Assembly (NCBI RefSeq): GCF_006345805.1
Contig: NC_043024.1
Span: 7,750,001-7,814,000, forward strand
From: Octopus sinensis
Lineage: Eukaryota
Direction of reading: 5' to 3'
DNA length: 64,000 nt
A program made the translations under genes and the position numbers. Under the pieces are notes generated by a model. That model was not told the origin of the DNA and made no database searches. It saw only the letters and a program-made list of their open reading frames with translations. Below, one piece after another: positions 36,366 to 48,401 of the stretch; positions within the stretch are counted from its first letter, which is position 1; every line of letters begins with the position of its first letter.

Positions 36366-36884
36366 AGTGGCTGTGTGGTAAGTAGCTTGTTTACCAACCA
36401 CATGGTTCCGGGTTCAGTCCCACTGCGTGGCACCTTGGGCAAGTGTCTTCTACTATAGCCTCAGGACGACCAAAGCCTTGTGAGTGAATTTGGTAGACAG
36501 AAACTGAAAGAAGCCCGTCGTATATATGTATATGTATGTGTGTGTGTTTGTGTTTGTCCCCCTAGCATTGTTTGACAACCGATGCTGGTGTGTTTATGTC
36601 CCCGTTACTTAGCGGTTCGGCAAAAGAGACCGATAGAATAAGTACTGGGCTTACAAAAGAATAAGTCCCGGGGTCGAGTTGCTCGATTAAAGGTGGTGCT
36701 CCAGCGTGGCCGCAGTCAAATGACTGAAACAAGTAAAAGAGTGTATATATATATATATCGAGACTTAGATATATTAATATTTCTATATTTATTTTTTTCT
36801 TTCAATTGCAGTGAGATGCTGTTGGGCCCAGTTACAGAGAATTTCCAGTTTTTACCAAAACACAAGGCCAATGCATACAAATAG
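20630..36884 (+). CDS. DUS3L: tRNA-dihydrouridine(47) synthase [NAD(P)+]-like, complete CDS (11 coding exons, 647 aa)
   Basis: Exons 20630-20853, 22468-23134, 25289-25330, 26518-26667, 27773-27889, 29981-30157, 31052-31148, 33394-33472, 34583-34771, 35544-35672 and 36812-36884 sum to 1944 nt with GT-AG and consistent phases. The protein has two CCCH zinc fingers, [21 protein letters not shown] (catalytic Cys), [13 protein letters not shown], and ends [10 protein letters not shown]. Confidence 0.97.
21013..21480 (+). mobile_element. Probable pogo/Tc1-like DNA transposon end
   Basis: TATCGTAAATCCTCAAGTATA...GTATAATACGCA resembles pogo-type termini, from memory. No transposase seen. Confidence 0.3.
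21810..22172 (+). mobile_element. Helitron-like element with a 5' hairpin (copy at about 35003-35340)
   Basis: CTAGCACTATGACC...G(G/A)TCATAGTGCTAG hairpin at the start of both copies. Confidence 0.5.
22177..22410 (+). mobile_element. tRNA-derived SINE family B (representative; others at about 6270, 13255, 17097, 18761, 25918, 29445, 30465, 40603, 44900 and 47590)
   Basis: Head GGCGAGCTGGCAGAAACG...GAGTTCAAATTCC; central GCCTTTCATCCTTTCGGGGTCGATAAATTAAGTACCAG (Meta-domain-like, from memory); tail GTAAAGAAATA. Confidence 0.85.
22468..23134 (+). CDS. DUS3L: DUS3L coding exon 2 (two CCCH zinc fingers)
   Basis: CCAG acceptor and AAA|GTAAGG donor; C...[11 protein letters not shown] and [22 protein letters not shown]. 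Confidence 0.96.
25289..25330 (+). CDS. DUS3L: DUS3L coding exon 3 ([14 protein letters not shown])
   Basis: TTTTACAG acceptor and GTAAGT donor; 14 codons. Confidence 0.95.
26518..26667 (+). CDS. DUS3L: DUS3L coding exon 4 (VGNLPFRR...[17 protein letters not shown])
   Basis: CCTAG acceptor and CAG|GTAAAT donor; 50 codons. Confidence 0.96.
26968..27039 (+). pseudogene. tRNA-Asp(GTC) pseudogene in a DUS3L intron
   Basis: 72 nt collinear with eukaryotic tRNA-Asp (TCCT..TAGTATAG.GGT.AGT...GTCA...GGGAGAC.GG.GTTCGATTCCC..C..GGAG) with a GTC anticodon. U33 is replaced by A and the acceptor, anticodon and T stems have mismatches. Confidence 0.8.
27773..27889 (+). CDS. DUS3L: DUS3L coding exon 5 ([17 protein letters not shown])
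   Basis: GCCAG acceptor and AAG|GTAAGT donor; catalytic Cys motif. Confidence 0.96.
29981..30157 (+). CDS. DUS3L: DUS3L coding exon 6 (GEGCALM...PLTVKMRTG...)
   Basis: CTCCAG acceptor and GTAAGT donor; 59 codons. Confidence 0.96.
31052..31148 (+). CDS. DUS3L: DUS3L coding exon 7 ([19 protein letters not shown]...PLF)
   Basis: CTCAG acceptor and G|GTGAG donor. Confidence 0.96.
32250..33200 (+). mobile_element. RTE LINE 3' fragment, interrupted by a SINE at about 32616-32980
   Basis: [35 protein letters not shown]..., continuing after the SINE. Confidence 0.75.
33394..33472 (+). CDS. DUS3L: DUS3L coding exon 8 ([10 protein letters not shown]...GIMIAR)
   Basis: ATCAG acceptor and AG|GTAAGA donor. 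Confidence 0.95.
33520..33836. mobile_element. Penelope-like terminal repeat with a short inverted copy
   Basis: Inverted arms at about 33646-33688 and 33786-33826 around (TTA)n/(AAT)n. The minus strand carries CTGATGAAGGCTG..CAGCC-AAAACGTT, a hammerhead with G12 mutated. Confidence 0.5.
33990..34359 (+). mobile_element. Mariner transposon, internally deleted
   Basis: The N-terminus MEDKKVHF is fused to [24 protein letters not shown]..., and a mariner-type terminal repeat ...GGACAACCCAATA ends at 34359. Confidence 0.8.
34583..34771 (+). CDS. DUS3L: DUS3L coding exon 9 ([27 protein letters not shown]...)
   Basis: TTCAG acceptor and CG|GTTAGT donor. Confidence 0.96.
35544..35672 (+). CDS. DUS3L: DUS3L coding exon 10 ([19 protein letters not shown]...)
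   Basis: CACAG acceptor and AG|GTAAAG donor. Confidence 0.96.
36812..36884 (+). CDS. DUS3L: DUS3L last coding exon (EMLLGPV...KHKANAYK*)
   Basis: TTGCAG acceptor and TAG stop; AATAAA motifs follow at about 36920-36950. Confidence 0.96.
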
Positions 36885-37321
36885 TATTTTATTTTTATAT
36901 TACACCCTTCGTGGAGAACAAATAAATATATATATATATAAATAAATAAATGAATGAATAAATATATATATAAACAGATATACCCGTATGTAACTGCTAG
37001 AATATTCCATCAGAGAACTGTTTAACCTTAAGTCTGTCTAGAAACTTGACAAAGAAGACAATCAGCAGTATAACTCAAAACAGGAATTATGGCCAATAAA
37101 CCAGCTTCAAAGAACTCCTCACCGAAATATTTGGCATTTTTTTGTTTTTGACTTTTTTCTTTATCTCTAACTTTGTTGTTGTTGTACTTATGTCTCATCA
37201 TCATCATCATCATCATCTAATACTTGCGTCCTTACCACATGGTTTCAGGTTCAGTCCCACTGTGTGGTGCATTAGGCAAGTGCCTTCTACTATAGCCCGG
37301 GACTGACCAATGCCTTGTGAA

Positions 37322-37765
37322 TCATCATCATCATCATCATCGTTTAACGTCCGTTTTCCGTGCTAGCACGGGTTGGACGGTTCGACCGGGGATCTGGGAA
37401 GCCAGATGGCTGCACCAGGCTCCAGTCTGATCTGGCAGTGTTTCTACGGCTGGATGCCCTTCCTAACACCAACCACTCCATGAGTGTAGTGGGTGCTTTT
37501 TATGTGCCACCTGCACAGGTGCCAGACGATGCTGGCAAACGGCCACGATTGGATGGTGCATTTTACGTGCCACCGGCACGGGGGCAAGGCGAGGCTGGCA
37601 ACGGCCACAATCGGATGGTGCTTTTTACGTGCCACTGGCACGGAGACCAGTCAGGGCGGCGCTGGCAACGGCCACGATCGCATGGTTCTTTTTACACGCC
37701 ACCGGCACTGGTATCACCGCTGCAATTTCCATTGATGTTGATCGATTTCGATTTTGATTTTGATT
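37322..37765 (-). mobile_element. SINE family C with an RTE-type 3' end and (GAT)n tail (representative; more than 12 copies, e.g. 2262, 4990, 8720, 11818, 19940, 24385, 27440, 32616, 59290)
   Basis: GTGGTTGGCGTTAGGAAGGGCATCCAG...GGACGTTAAACGATGATGATG, with a variable number of internal GCCGGTGGCACGTAAAAAGCACC repeats. Confidence 0.85.
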
Positions 37766-38635
37766 TTCACTTGCCTCAACAGGTCTTCACAAGTAGAGAT
37801 GTGATACATTAGGCCTTCTACTATAGCCCGGGACTGACCAATGCCTTGTGAATAAATTTTGTAAATGGGAAATAAAAGAAGCCTAGGTGCAGGAGTGGCT
37901 GTGTGGTAACTAGCTTGCTTACCAACCACATGGTTCCAGGTTCAGTCCCACTGCATGGCACCTTGGGCTAGTGTCTACTATAGACTCAGGCCAACCAAAG
38001 CCTTGTGAGTGGATTTGGTAGACGGAAACTGAAAGAAGCCTGTCGTATATATGTTTATGTTTTTGTGTCTGTTTGTCCCCACCACCGTCGCTTGACAATC
38101 GATGTTGGTGTGTTTATGTCCCAGTAACTTAGCAGTTCAGCAAAAGAGTCCAATAGACTAAGTACTAGGCTTACAAAGAATAAGTCCTGGGGTCGATTTG
38201 TTCAACTAAAGACAGTGCTCTAGCATGGCCACAGTCAAATGACCGAAACAAATAGAAGAATATATATATATGTAAGAAATTGAGATGACAAAAAGAATAA
38301 ACAATTCTGTTATGAACTCCATTGGCTTACAGTTGTTTCTGCTACAACATGCAATGCACTTTGAGTGCATAATTGTTTATTCTTTTGTCATCTCAATTTC
38401 TTAATGCTGCTCTGTACTCCACTGATGCTTCATTCTGAAGCATACTCTTTTACTTGTTTCAGTCATTTGACTGCCTTTCTGGAGCACCGCCTTTAATCAA
38501 GCAACTCAACCCCGGGACTTATTCTTTTGTAAGCCCAGTACTTATTCTATCGGTCTCTTTTGCCGAACCACTAAGTAACGGGGACATAAACACACCAGCA
38601 TTGGTTGTCAAGCAATGCTAGGGGGACAAACACAA

Positions 38636-38677
<42 letters not shown>

Positions 38678-39644
38678 GCGACAGTCTTCTTTCAGTTTCT
38701 GTCTACCAAATCCACTCACAAGGCTTTGGTCAGCCCGAGGCTATAGTAAAGGACACTTGCCCAAGGTGCCACGCAGTGGGACTGAACCCGGAAGCATGTG
38801 GTTGGTAAGCAAGCTACTTACCACACAGCCACTCCTGCGCCTATGTATATTCAGCCTTAACACCAGGTTATTAGTATTGCTATGGCTAAGCAAAATATTA
38901 AAATAAATATACAAGTGGCTGTGTGGTAAGTAGCTTGCTTACGAACCACATGGTTCCGGGTTCAGTCCCACTGCGTGGCACCTTGGGCAAGTGTCTTCTA
39001 CTATAGCCTCGGGCCGACCAAAGCCTTGTGAGTGGATTTGGTAGACGGAAACTGAAAGAAGCCTGTTGTATATATGTATATATCCCCCATAACCTTAGCA
39101 ATTTGATAAAAAGGAACCAATAAAATAAGAACCATCTTAAACCTTAGTAACGGGGTCAATTCAATGAAACAAAACCCTTCGAGGCAGTGTTCTGGCATGG
39201 CCGCTGTCCAATGATTAAAACAAGTAAAAGGAAAACGAGTAAAGTCTGAATAAGAGGTCATGAATGGAATGCCTCTGATCATAGGTATACTCGACCAGTA
39301 TTGACCTGGAGTTAAACAACAACAGTGACCCTAAGAAGAGATGCAAAATAGGATTCTTTTACTTGTTTCAGCCACTAGACTGTGGCCATACTGGGGCACC
39401 ACTAAATAAGGTTTACTCAATCAAATCAACCCCTAGTAGTTAAATTTGAAGGCGGGTGCATATTCTGGCTGTCTCTTTTTTTTTTTTTTAGTCAAACCAT
39501 GAAGTGACAGGGACATAAACAAACCAATACTAGTCATCAAGCAATGGGAGGGACGCATACACAAAGACACACGCACACACACATAATTTTTTTTTTTTCA
39601 GTGGTAAGAATGAAGTTTCTAAAATGGTTAGAGAAATTCAAAGA

Positions 39645-39716
39645 ATTGCTTTGGTCCAATGGTCGAACATCTGTCATGTTTAACAGAAGATGTGGGTTTG
39701 AATCCCACAGGCTGCC
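39645..39716 (+). pseudogene. Degenerate tRNA-derived sequence
   Basis: A-box-like TGGTCCAATGG and B-box/T-arm GTGGG-TTTGAAT-CCCAC at tRNA spacing; isotype cannot be assigned. Confidence 0.3.
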
Positions 39717-42225
39717 TTCAAATTTTTACAATCCAAAGGGTTGTTTTAATCTAATACTTACACACTATTAATCATAGCTTTATCCACTTCAAGTTCGACT
39801 GATAAAAATGAATTATTTCACGTTCTCTCAAAGATTCTAAATTCCTATGACATCAGCAACACATATATAGGGCATGGGTTTTGTTGTTGTTCTTTCTCGA
39901 GCCATGCCTGGCTCATAAGGGCCAGTTTCCCGGTTTCCTTGGCGTATAGGTTCCCCACCTGGACAGGACACCAATCCGTCACAGGTGAGCTGCAAGATGC
40001 AGGAGGAAAGAGTGAGAGAAAGTTGTGGCGAAAAAGTACAGCAGGGATCGCCACCACCCCCTGCCGGAGCCTCGTGGAGCTTTAGGTGTTTTCGCTCAAT
40101 AAACACTCACAACACCCGATCTGGGAATCGAAACCGCAATCCTAGTCGCGAGTCTGCTACCCTAACCACTGGGCCATTGCGCCTCCACATATAGGGCATG
40201 GGGGTGTAGTAAGAAGCTTGCTTCCCAACCACATGGTTCCGCGATCAATCCTACTCTATGGTACCTTAGGCAAGCATCTTCTACTTTGGGCTGAGGCTGA
40301 CCCAAGTCTTGTGAGTGGATTAGATTAATGGAAACTGAAAGGAACACATCATATCTAGATAGTTGTATAGATAGATAGACAGATAGAAAGATAGATATCT
40401 GGATTTGGCTTGTTTATGTACCCATAACTTAGTGGTTCAGCAAAAGAGATTGATAGAATAAGTACTGGGTTTGATTCATTTGAAAATTCTTCAAGGCAGT
40501 TCTCCAGCAGGTCACGGTTGAATGACTGAAGCAGGTAAAAAATTAAAGAAATTTACACACATGTACACATATATAATATACAAGAGAGGCTTCCACACAG
40601 TTTCTTATTTCTTTATTGCCCACAATATATCGACCCCAGTGCGTAATTGGTACTTAATTTATTGATCCCGAAAGGATGAAAGGCAAAGTTGACCTTGGTG
40701 GAATTTGAACTCAGAACGTAAAAAGACAGACGAAATACCTATTTCTTTACTACCCACAAGGGGCTAAACACAGAGAGGACAAACAAGGACAGACTAACGG
40801 ATTAAGTCGATTATATCGACCCCAGTGTGTAACTGGTACTTATTTAATCAACTCCATAAGGATGAAAGGCAAAGTTGACCTCGGCGGAATTTGAACTAAG
40901 AACATAGCAGCAGACGAAATACCTATTTCTTTACTACCCACAAGGGGCTAAACACAGAGGACAAACGGATTAAGTCAATTATATCGACCCCAGTGCGTAA
41001 CTGGTACTTATTTTATCGACCCCGAAAGGATGAAAGGCAAAGTCGACCTCGGCGGAATTTGAACTCAGAACGTAACGGCAGACGAAATACCGCTAAGCAT
41101 TTCGCCCAGCGTGCTAACGTTTCTGCCAGCTCGCCACCTTCCATACTGTTTCTGCCTACCAGATTCACCCACAAGACAAAGGTCACCCCAGTGCTACAGT
41201 AGAAGACAATTGTCCGAGGTGCCGTGCAGTGGGACAGAACCTGAAACCCCATGATTGCAAAACAAGCTTCTTAACTACACACCCATACCTGCTCCTATGT
41301 AAATGGAATGTTAATAAGATTGATGGGATGTGACCAGTGGACATTAAATTCTTCAAACATGTCAGCGACCGTCTCAGAGGATTCTTCAAGTCATTCTGCA
41401 TCCTAATTAATCTTAATCAATTATTTTGATATGCGGACCAGACTGGTTGGGACAGCCACGAGACTAGATCTACAGGGGGAATGCGCGTGAGTGTTGTGTG
41501 TTTGGGGGAGGGGGTAAATGTGATGAATCTGTGTTTCTTTTGTGTGTGTATATAAATATGTCAAGATGTAAGGACATTGTCATCATCATCATCAGCATCA
41601 GTATCATTAACAGCTGTGTAATGTCTGGTTTTTACAAACTAACAAGGTTTGGACAAGGAACTATACATGTGTGTGTGTGCATAAGTATATGAACATATAT
41701 ATGTGTGTGTGTATATATATATATATGGTGTCCTGTACTCATATATATATGCATGTATATATACATATAGATGTAAGTATGTACATATATGTATGTATAT
41801 ATGCATATGTTTTATTTATTATATTGTTATTATATATATATATATATCATCATCATCATCGTTATAAATTCAGATATATAGACACACACACATACACACA
41901 TATATATATATATATTCATAAATTCAGATATATACACACATATATATGCGTATAATATATTTTTTATATATAAAGATATGCATACATATATTTATATACA
42001 CATACACATATGAATATTTACATATGAGATATGAATATACAAACGCGTGTACATAGTTACATGTGTGTATACATTACAATGTGTACATGTATGTGTGGGA
42101 ATATATAAGTACATAAGTATGTATGTGTGTATATATATATATATATATGAACACACATTCATACATACATTCAGACACACAAACATACATACATAAATGC
42201 ATACAAATATACATACATATAAATG

Positions 42226-42307
42226 TATATATAAGCATGTAATTAGTGAAAGATTCATTAGTCATCGTTAACCAACACTAGCTCGTTTCAAGCAACCGCA
42301 AAGAAGT
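42226..42307 (+). promoter_or_regulatory. Candidate TATA box, initiator and short non-coding first exon for the secreted-protein gene
   Basis: TATATAAG at 42228-42235 and TTAGTC at 42258-42263 about 30 nt downstream, then a short unique stretch ending GAA|GTAAAT at 42305/42306. The first coding exon is preceded by an acceptor, so an upstream exon is implied. TA-rich sequence is common here, so this is weak. Confidence 0.3.
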
Positions 42308-43119
42308 AAATTACATTTGGTTTGTATGCCATTAGCTACCATTTCTGTTCTCTTGTTGCTATCAATAATGTTGCTCGTGTTAATAATATTGTCTCTGTTA
42401 ATAATATTGCTTATGCTAATAATGTTCTTTGTTTTAATGATGTTTTTTTAATAATGTTGTTTGTGTTAATGATATTGTTTACTAGCAGTATAGCCCGGCG
42501 TTGCTCGGGTTTCTTTTCTTTTCGACCCTTTAGAATTGGAATTTTTGAAAAGTAAATATTTTGCATTATGTAGCTTGTTATTCTCTTTAAGTGAACATTT
42601 TTCTGGTTGAAATACACCGAAAAATGGCGACACAGCAATCAAAAAATCATAAAATATAGAGATTTTCATAGAAAAAAAGCACCTTTTTGATGTAAATAAT
42701 TTTTGGTGTTAACATGGTCCGATTTGAATTTTATCTTCTACGGAAGGAAGAGCAAGCCTTCTTCTATCATACTCTCAATTTTGGTCAACTGCACTGCAGG
42801 GTCTCGGAGGATATGGTGTTAGTTGAAGGCTACCAAACCTGCCACCGCCTGGCATTGCTCGGGTTTGTTTCGACCCTTTAGAATTGGAATTTTTGAAAAG
42901 TAAAAATTTTGCATTATGTAGCTCGTTATTCTCTTTAAGTGAACATTTTTCTGGTTGAAATACACTGAAAAGTGATGACACAGTAGTCAAAAAATCGTAA
43001 AAAATAGGGGCCAGTCAGGCAGGCCTGGCATCTGTCACATTCAGATAGCGCCTTTTACGTGCCACTAGCATGGGAGCCAGTCAGGGGTATTATTAACAGG
43101 GCTGGACATGCATGGTTGC

Positions 43120-43850
43120 AATCTCACTTTAGTTGCTGGGTCTTCTCAATGACAGCATATCTCCAAAGGTCCCGGTCTCCTGTCATTGCCCCTGTGAGGC
43201 CCAATGTTCGAAGGTCATGCTTCACCTCACCCCACGTCTTCCTGAGTCTACCTCTTCCTTCTACAGTTAGGGAGCAGCACTTCCTTACACAGCTATCTTC
43301 ATTCATACATAACACATAACCATACCAGCATACTGACAACCAGATAAGGGATCGGGGGACCCTGTCAAAGGATTTTTCCATGTCAACAAAAGCCAGGTAC
43401 AGAGGTTTATCTTTGGCTAGGTATTTCTCCTGCAGTTGTCCTATTAGAAATATAACATAAGTGGTGCTTTTCCCTGCCACAGACCCAAACTGCATCTCAT
43501 CTAAACTGACCCTCTCCCTAATTAGTTGGGCTATGACCCTCTCTGTGAATTTCATTACCTGATCCAACAACTTGATACCTCTGTAATTATTCCTATCTAA
43601 TGCATCACCTTTACCTTTGTAGCAGTTGACTATGGTGCTGCTACAACAGTCATTGGGTATGACTCCATGTATCACCTGATTGACTATACAAGTGACTAGA
43701 CTATAGGATGTAGTCAATTTGACTAGAATGTCCACCAGACCGGTACATGAATAGGTGACTGGCAGGTTTCCTGAAGTTAGTATTACAAACCATAAGATCA
43801 TTTGCATTGCAGAACTCCAGCAGCCAGGCAGTGATATCATAATAATTAAC
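43120..43850 (-). mobile_element. RTE LINE reverse-transcriptase fragment (internally deleted)
   Basis: YKGKGDALDRNNYRGIKLLDQVMK...MQFG...QLQEKYLAKDKPLYLAFVDMEKSFDRVPR. Confidence 0.85.
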
Positions 43851-44138
43851 ACAGATACATGAAGGAAAATCATAAAACCTAGATTGAAAGAAACTTTGAA
43901 AATTGCTCATGGTGTTTCAGGAAAAAAACTGCATTTTAAGGGTGAAATAATAAGTGACGTTACATTTTGTGGAAAAACCTTAAAAATCAAAGTTTTTGTG
44001 CTCGGTAATATGACAAATTTATTTGGAACAGACTGGATGGAAGTATTTAACTTATAGGACCTCCCCATAAATTTGTTTCTAAAAGAAGCCATCAGAGGAA
44101 TTAAAAAACGAATTAAGATTTTTCCTGAAGTTTTTCTC

Positions 44139-44169
<31 letters not shown>

Positions 44170-44752
44170 AATTATTGTATACAGTGCTCAGGTGCACCAC
44201 AACTTGTCAGAAAGTGCATATAAAGTATATGCAGTAATGTACAAATGTCTGGGAAGTGAACATGCTTGTGACTCAGGTCTTTGCACCAAACAAAGACTAC
44301 AGTAGACAATACTTGCATAAGGTACCATGCAGTGGGACTGAAACCAAAACCATGTAGTCAGGGAGGAAACTTCTTAACCACACAGCCATACATGTGCCTA
44401 GCCTTTCTTTTGTTCATTTCACAATAAAATCCCTCTCAATATTTCTTCCTTTGTAAGGCATCAAGCTGGCAGAATCATGAGCATGCTGTAAAAATGCTTA
44501 TCAGTATTTCATCCATCTTAATGTTCTGAGTTCAAATTCCACCAAGGTCAACTTTGCCTTTCATCCTCCTGGGGTCAATAAGATAAGTACCAGTTGAGCC
44601 CTGGAGTCGATGTAATCAACTATCCTCAGTCCCCTGAATTTCAGACCTTATTCCTAAAGTAGGAAGGAGTATTTCCACTTTTGTTCAGTTAACAATATTA
44701 TGAACTCCTAAACTTTTCATCTCAATATTTCTTCATTTCTTCAGCTCCCAAG

Positions 44753-45678
44753 ATGGCCCCTAAATCTTCCATGTCAGCTCTTCTCTTCATCGGGTGTCTG
44801 CTGTTCCTTAATGTCCAAGCCAAGGAAATTGGACAGCTTGTGAGTTTTTAAGAGACTTCTTTTCTTATCAATTTTTGTGTTTTATTATTACACTAGAATC
44901 AAAAGGCAGTGAGCCGGCAGAACCGTTAGCATGCCGGGCGAAATGCTTAGCGGTATTTCATCCATCCTTATGTTCTGCGTTCAAATTCCGCCTAGGTCGA
45001 CTTTGCCTTTCATCCTTTCGGGGGTCGATTAAATAAGTACCAGTTCAACACTGGGATCAGTGTAATTGACTCATCCCCTCCCCCCAAAATGCTGCCCTAG
45101 TGGCAAAATTTGAAATCATTATTATTTTTGGATGTTAACCATGTGACTATGAAGTATAATTTTGTATGTGATGAAGCAAATTTTGCTGAACCCTAATTAT
45201 AATTATACTCGTAATTACAGAATTTTTGTATATATATATATATCTGGGAGATATCTTATAATAGTAGAATAGTAGTTTTTAACTGCTATTTCTAAATTTT
45301 GGTATGTGATGAAGCAAATTTTGCTGAACCCTAATTATAATTATACTCATAATTATAGAATTTTTGTATATATATATATATATATATGTATTATATATAT
45401 ATAATAGAAATATGTTACAAAAAGAAAATAGAAACTACACGTGGTAATGTAAGGGCAAAGTAAGAAAAATCAATGAAAATGCACATTGGAAATCAAAAAA
45501 AGTAAAGGCTTTTGAGAAAGATATATACAAAAGATATATACAATTAGATGAACCGAGGTAGGAATAAAAGTAATAAAAGTCATTATTGTGAAATTATTAA
45601 AGAGATTCAAAAGCATACCGGTTTCGTGAATTTACTAACTATTGCTTTGAATACAACTATTCATTGCTTTGAATGCAC

Positions 45679-45718
<40 letters not shown>

Positions 45719-45724
45719 TATATG

Positions 45725-45763
<39 letters not shown>

Positions 45764-47344
45764 ATCTATCAATCTATATCTTTCTACCCATCTATCTAAG
45801 TACCTATATATAAGCAAACTCTATCTCTGTCTCTCTCTCTCTTTGTCTTTCTCTGTCTCTTCGTCTCTTTTTCTCTCTTCTGACAAACCCATAAAAACAA
45901 ATTAAAAAACAAAAACAACAAACTGCTCTAAAAACCCCTAAATGCTTGAGCTGTGTTCTGTTCCCTCTTGAAAGGTGTCCTGTTCAATGAAGGCCTGCGT
46001 CGAAGACCCTGGCAAGTACTTCGAATTCAATACCAGCTACTACGTCATGCGTACCTGTGCTGATGGAATGTTCTACGATCCATTGAGGTGTGGATGCTCC
46101 CTTTACTGTAAGTCAACCCTTTTCGTCTTCAGTCAGTTGTGGTAGTGCTTTTGTTGTTGCTGTTTGTTTGTTTGTTTGTTGAGCGAAGCGGTCTTCGTCC
46201 CAGTGGGAGAAGTCCGAAACGTGGTCCTTTGCTATTTGTAAGACCCACAGAAGAGAAAGCAGGTCAACCCCCGACACCGAGAGCATCGACGGATGGATGA
46301 ATGCGCATCCAGGCTCAGCAGTTGCATAGGAAGTTGGGGACAAGAAACAGGAAGAAAGAGTGAGAGAAAATTGGAGCGAAAGAGTACAACAGGGGTCACC
46401 CACCACCTGACGGAGCCTCGTGGCGTTGTTGTTGATATCATAATTGTTGTTGTTGCTGTTGCTGTTGAGCGAACGGCCTTCGTCCCAGAGCTCGTCAGAT
46501 GGGAGAAGTCTGAAACGTGGTCCTTTGCTATTTGTAAGACCCACAGAAGAGAAAGCAGGTCAACCCCCGACACCGAGAGCATCGACGGATGGATGAATGC
46601 GCATCCAGGCTCAGCGGTTGCATAGGAAGTCGGGGACAAGAAACAGGAAGAAAGAGTGAGAGAAAATTGGAGCGAAAGAGTACAACAGGGGTCGCCACCA
46701 CCCCCTGTCGGAGCCTCGTGGAGCTTTAGGTGTTTTCGCTCAATAAACACACACAACACCTGGTCTGGGAATAAAAACCGCGATCCTCCGACCGCGAGTC
46801 TGCTGCCCTAACCATTGGGCCATTGTGCCTCCACTTGATGTTGGAGCGAAAGAGTACAACAGGGGTCGCCACCACCCCCTGCCGGAGCCACGTGGAGCTT
46901 TAGGTGTTTTCGCTCAATAAACAGACACAACACCCGGTCTGGGAATCGAAATCGCGATCCTCTGACTGCGAGTCTGCTGCCCTAACCATTGGGCCATTGC
47001 GCCTCCACTTGTTGTTGCTGTTTATGCCACAGTTTAGAAATTTCAACAGATACGAAGTAAATAATTTCTTGGAGGAACTCAAAGTAGATAAAGCTACAAA
47101 ATGATAGCATCTTTTATTTTTTACTTGCTTCAGTCATTAGACCGTGGCCAGGCTGGGGCACTGCTTGGAGAGATTTTTAATCGAATTAATTGACCCCCCC
47201 CCCCAGTACTTATTTATTTAAGCTGGTACTTATTCTATCAGTTTCTTAATGCCAAACTGCTAAGTTAAGGGGATGTAAACACACCAGCACCAGTTAACAA
47301 GTGGGGGACAAACACAGACACCCACACACATAGACACACACACA

Positions 47345-47390
<46 letters not shown>

Positions 47391-48367
47391 GTATATATGA
47401 TGGGCTTCTTTCAGTTTCCATCTACCACATTCACTAACAAGGATTTGGTCTGCCGAAGGCAATAGTGAAAGACACTCACCCAAGGTACCATGCAGTGGGA
47501 CTGAACCTGAAACTATGTGTTTGGGAAACAAGCTTTTTACCACACAGCCATGCCTGATTGTGTAGAATATTAGGTTTAAAAACCCCTTGGATGGAAAAAA
47601 AGCCTCTAGAAACGTTAGCACACTGGGTGAAATGCTTATCGGTATTTCGTCTGTCTTTATGTTCTGAGTTCAAATTCCGCCGAGGTCGACTTTGCCTTTC
47701 ATCCTTTCAGGGTCAATCAAATAAGTACCAGTTATGCACTGGGGACAATCAAATAAGTATTAGTTATGCACTGGGGTTGATTAAATAAGTACCAGTTACA
47801 CACTGGGGTCAATTAAATAAGTACCAGTTACGCTCTGGGGTCGATATAATCGACTTAATCCGCTTGTCTGTCCTTGTTTGTCCCCTCTGTGTCTAGCCCC
47901 TTGTGGGCAGTAAAGAAATAAGGGGGTAGTATGTGGTGCAGAGTACTGTTTTTAGAGTATAATAGTGATGTGAGGATGAGGATGATGACAATGAAGAGGG
48001 CAATGATGCTGATGAGGATCATGATGTTGACAATAATGATGATGACAATGATGATGATGATGGTATTGATAAGGATGTATTAATTTATATCATTAAAAAG
48101 GAGGGGGACAAGGGGGTACGAGGGGGACATGAACAATGATCATGGTGTTGGTGATGACAATGACTGACGATGATGACAATGACAAAGACGATGATGATGA
48201 CAATGATGATGATGACAAAGACGATGATGATGATGATGACAATGATGATGATGATGATGATGATGATGACAATGATGATGATGACGATGATGATGATGAT
48301 TATGATGACAAAGACGATGATGATGATGATGACAAAGACGATGATGATGATGATGATGACAATGACA

Positions 48368-48401
<34 letters not shown>

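Noticed and set aside
37028-37216. Minus-strand ORF ...AKYFGEEFFEAGLL... as a terminal exon of a convergent gene
   Set aside because: It has no acceptor or pyrimidine tract, starts in a (CAT)n SINE tail, and no partner exons were found.
45600-45665. Minus-strand GAAACCGGTA-TGCTTT with upstream AAAGCA as a further hammerhead
   Set aside because: Stem I and the palindromic stem III fit, but the CUGANGA core is unrecognisable (ATAGTTA).
46470-46520. Minus-strand CTGACGAGCTCTGGGACGAAG as a hammerhead
   Set aside because: A15.1 is G, stem II is poorly paired, no NUH or stem I can be assigned, and it is the 3' end of SINE family D.
48295-48330. FLAG-tag-like peptide DYDDKDDDD
   Set aside because: A chance product of the degenerate (GAT)n repeat; there is no vector context.
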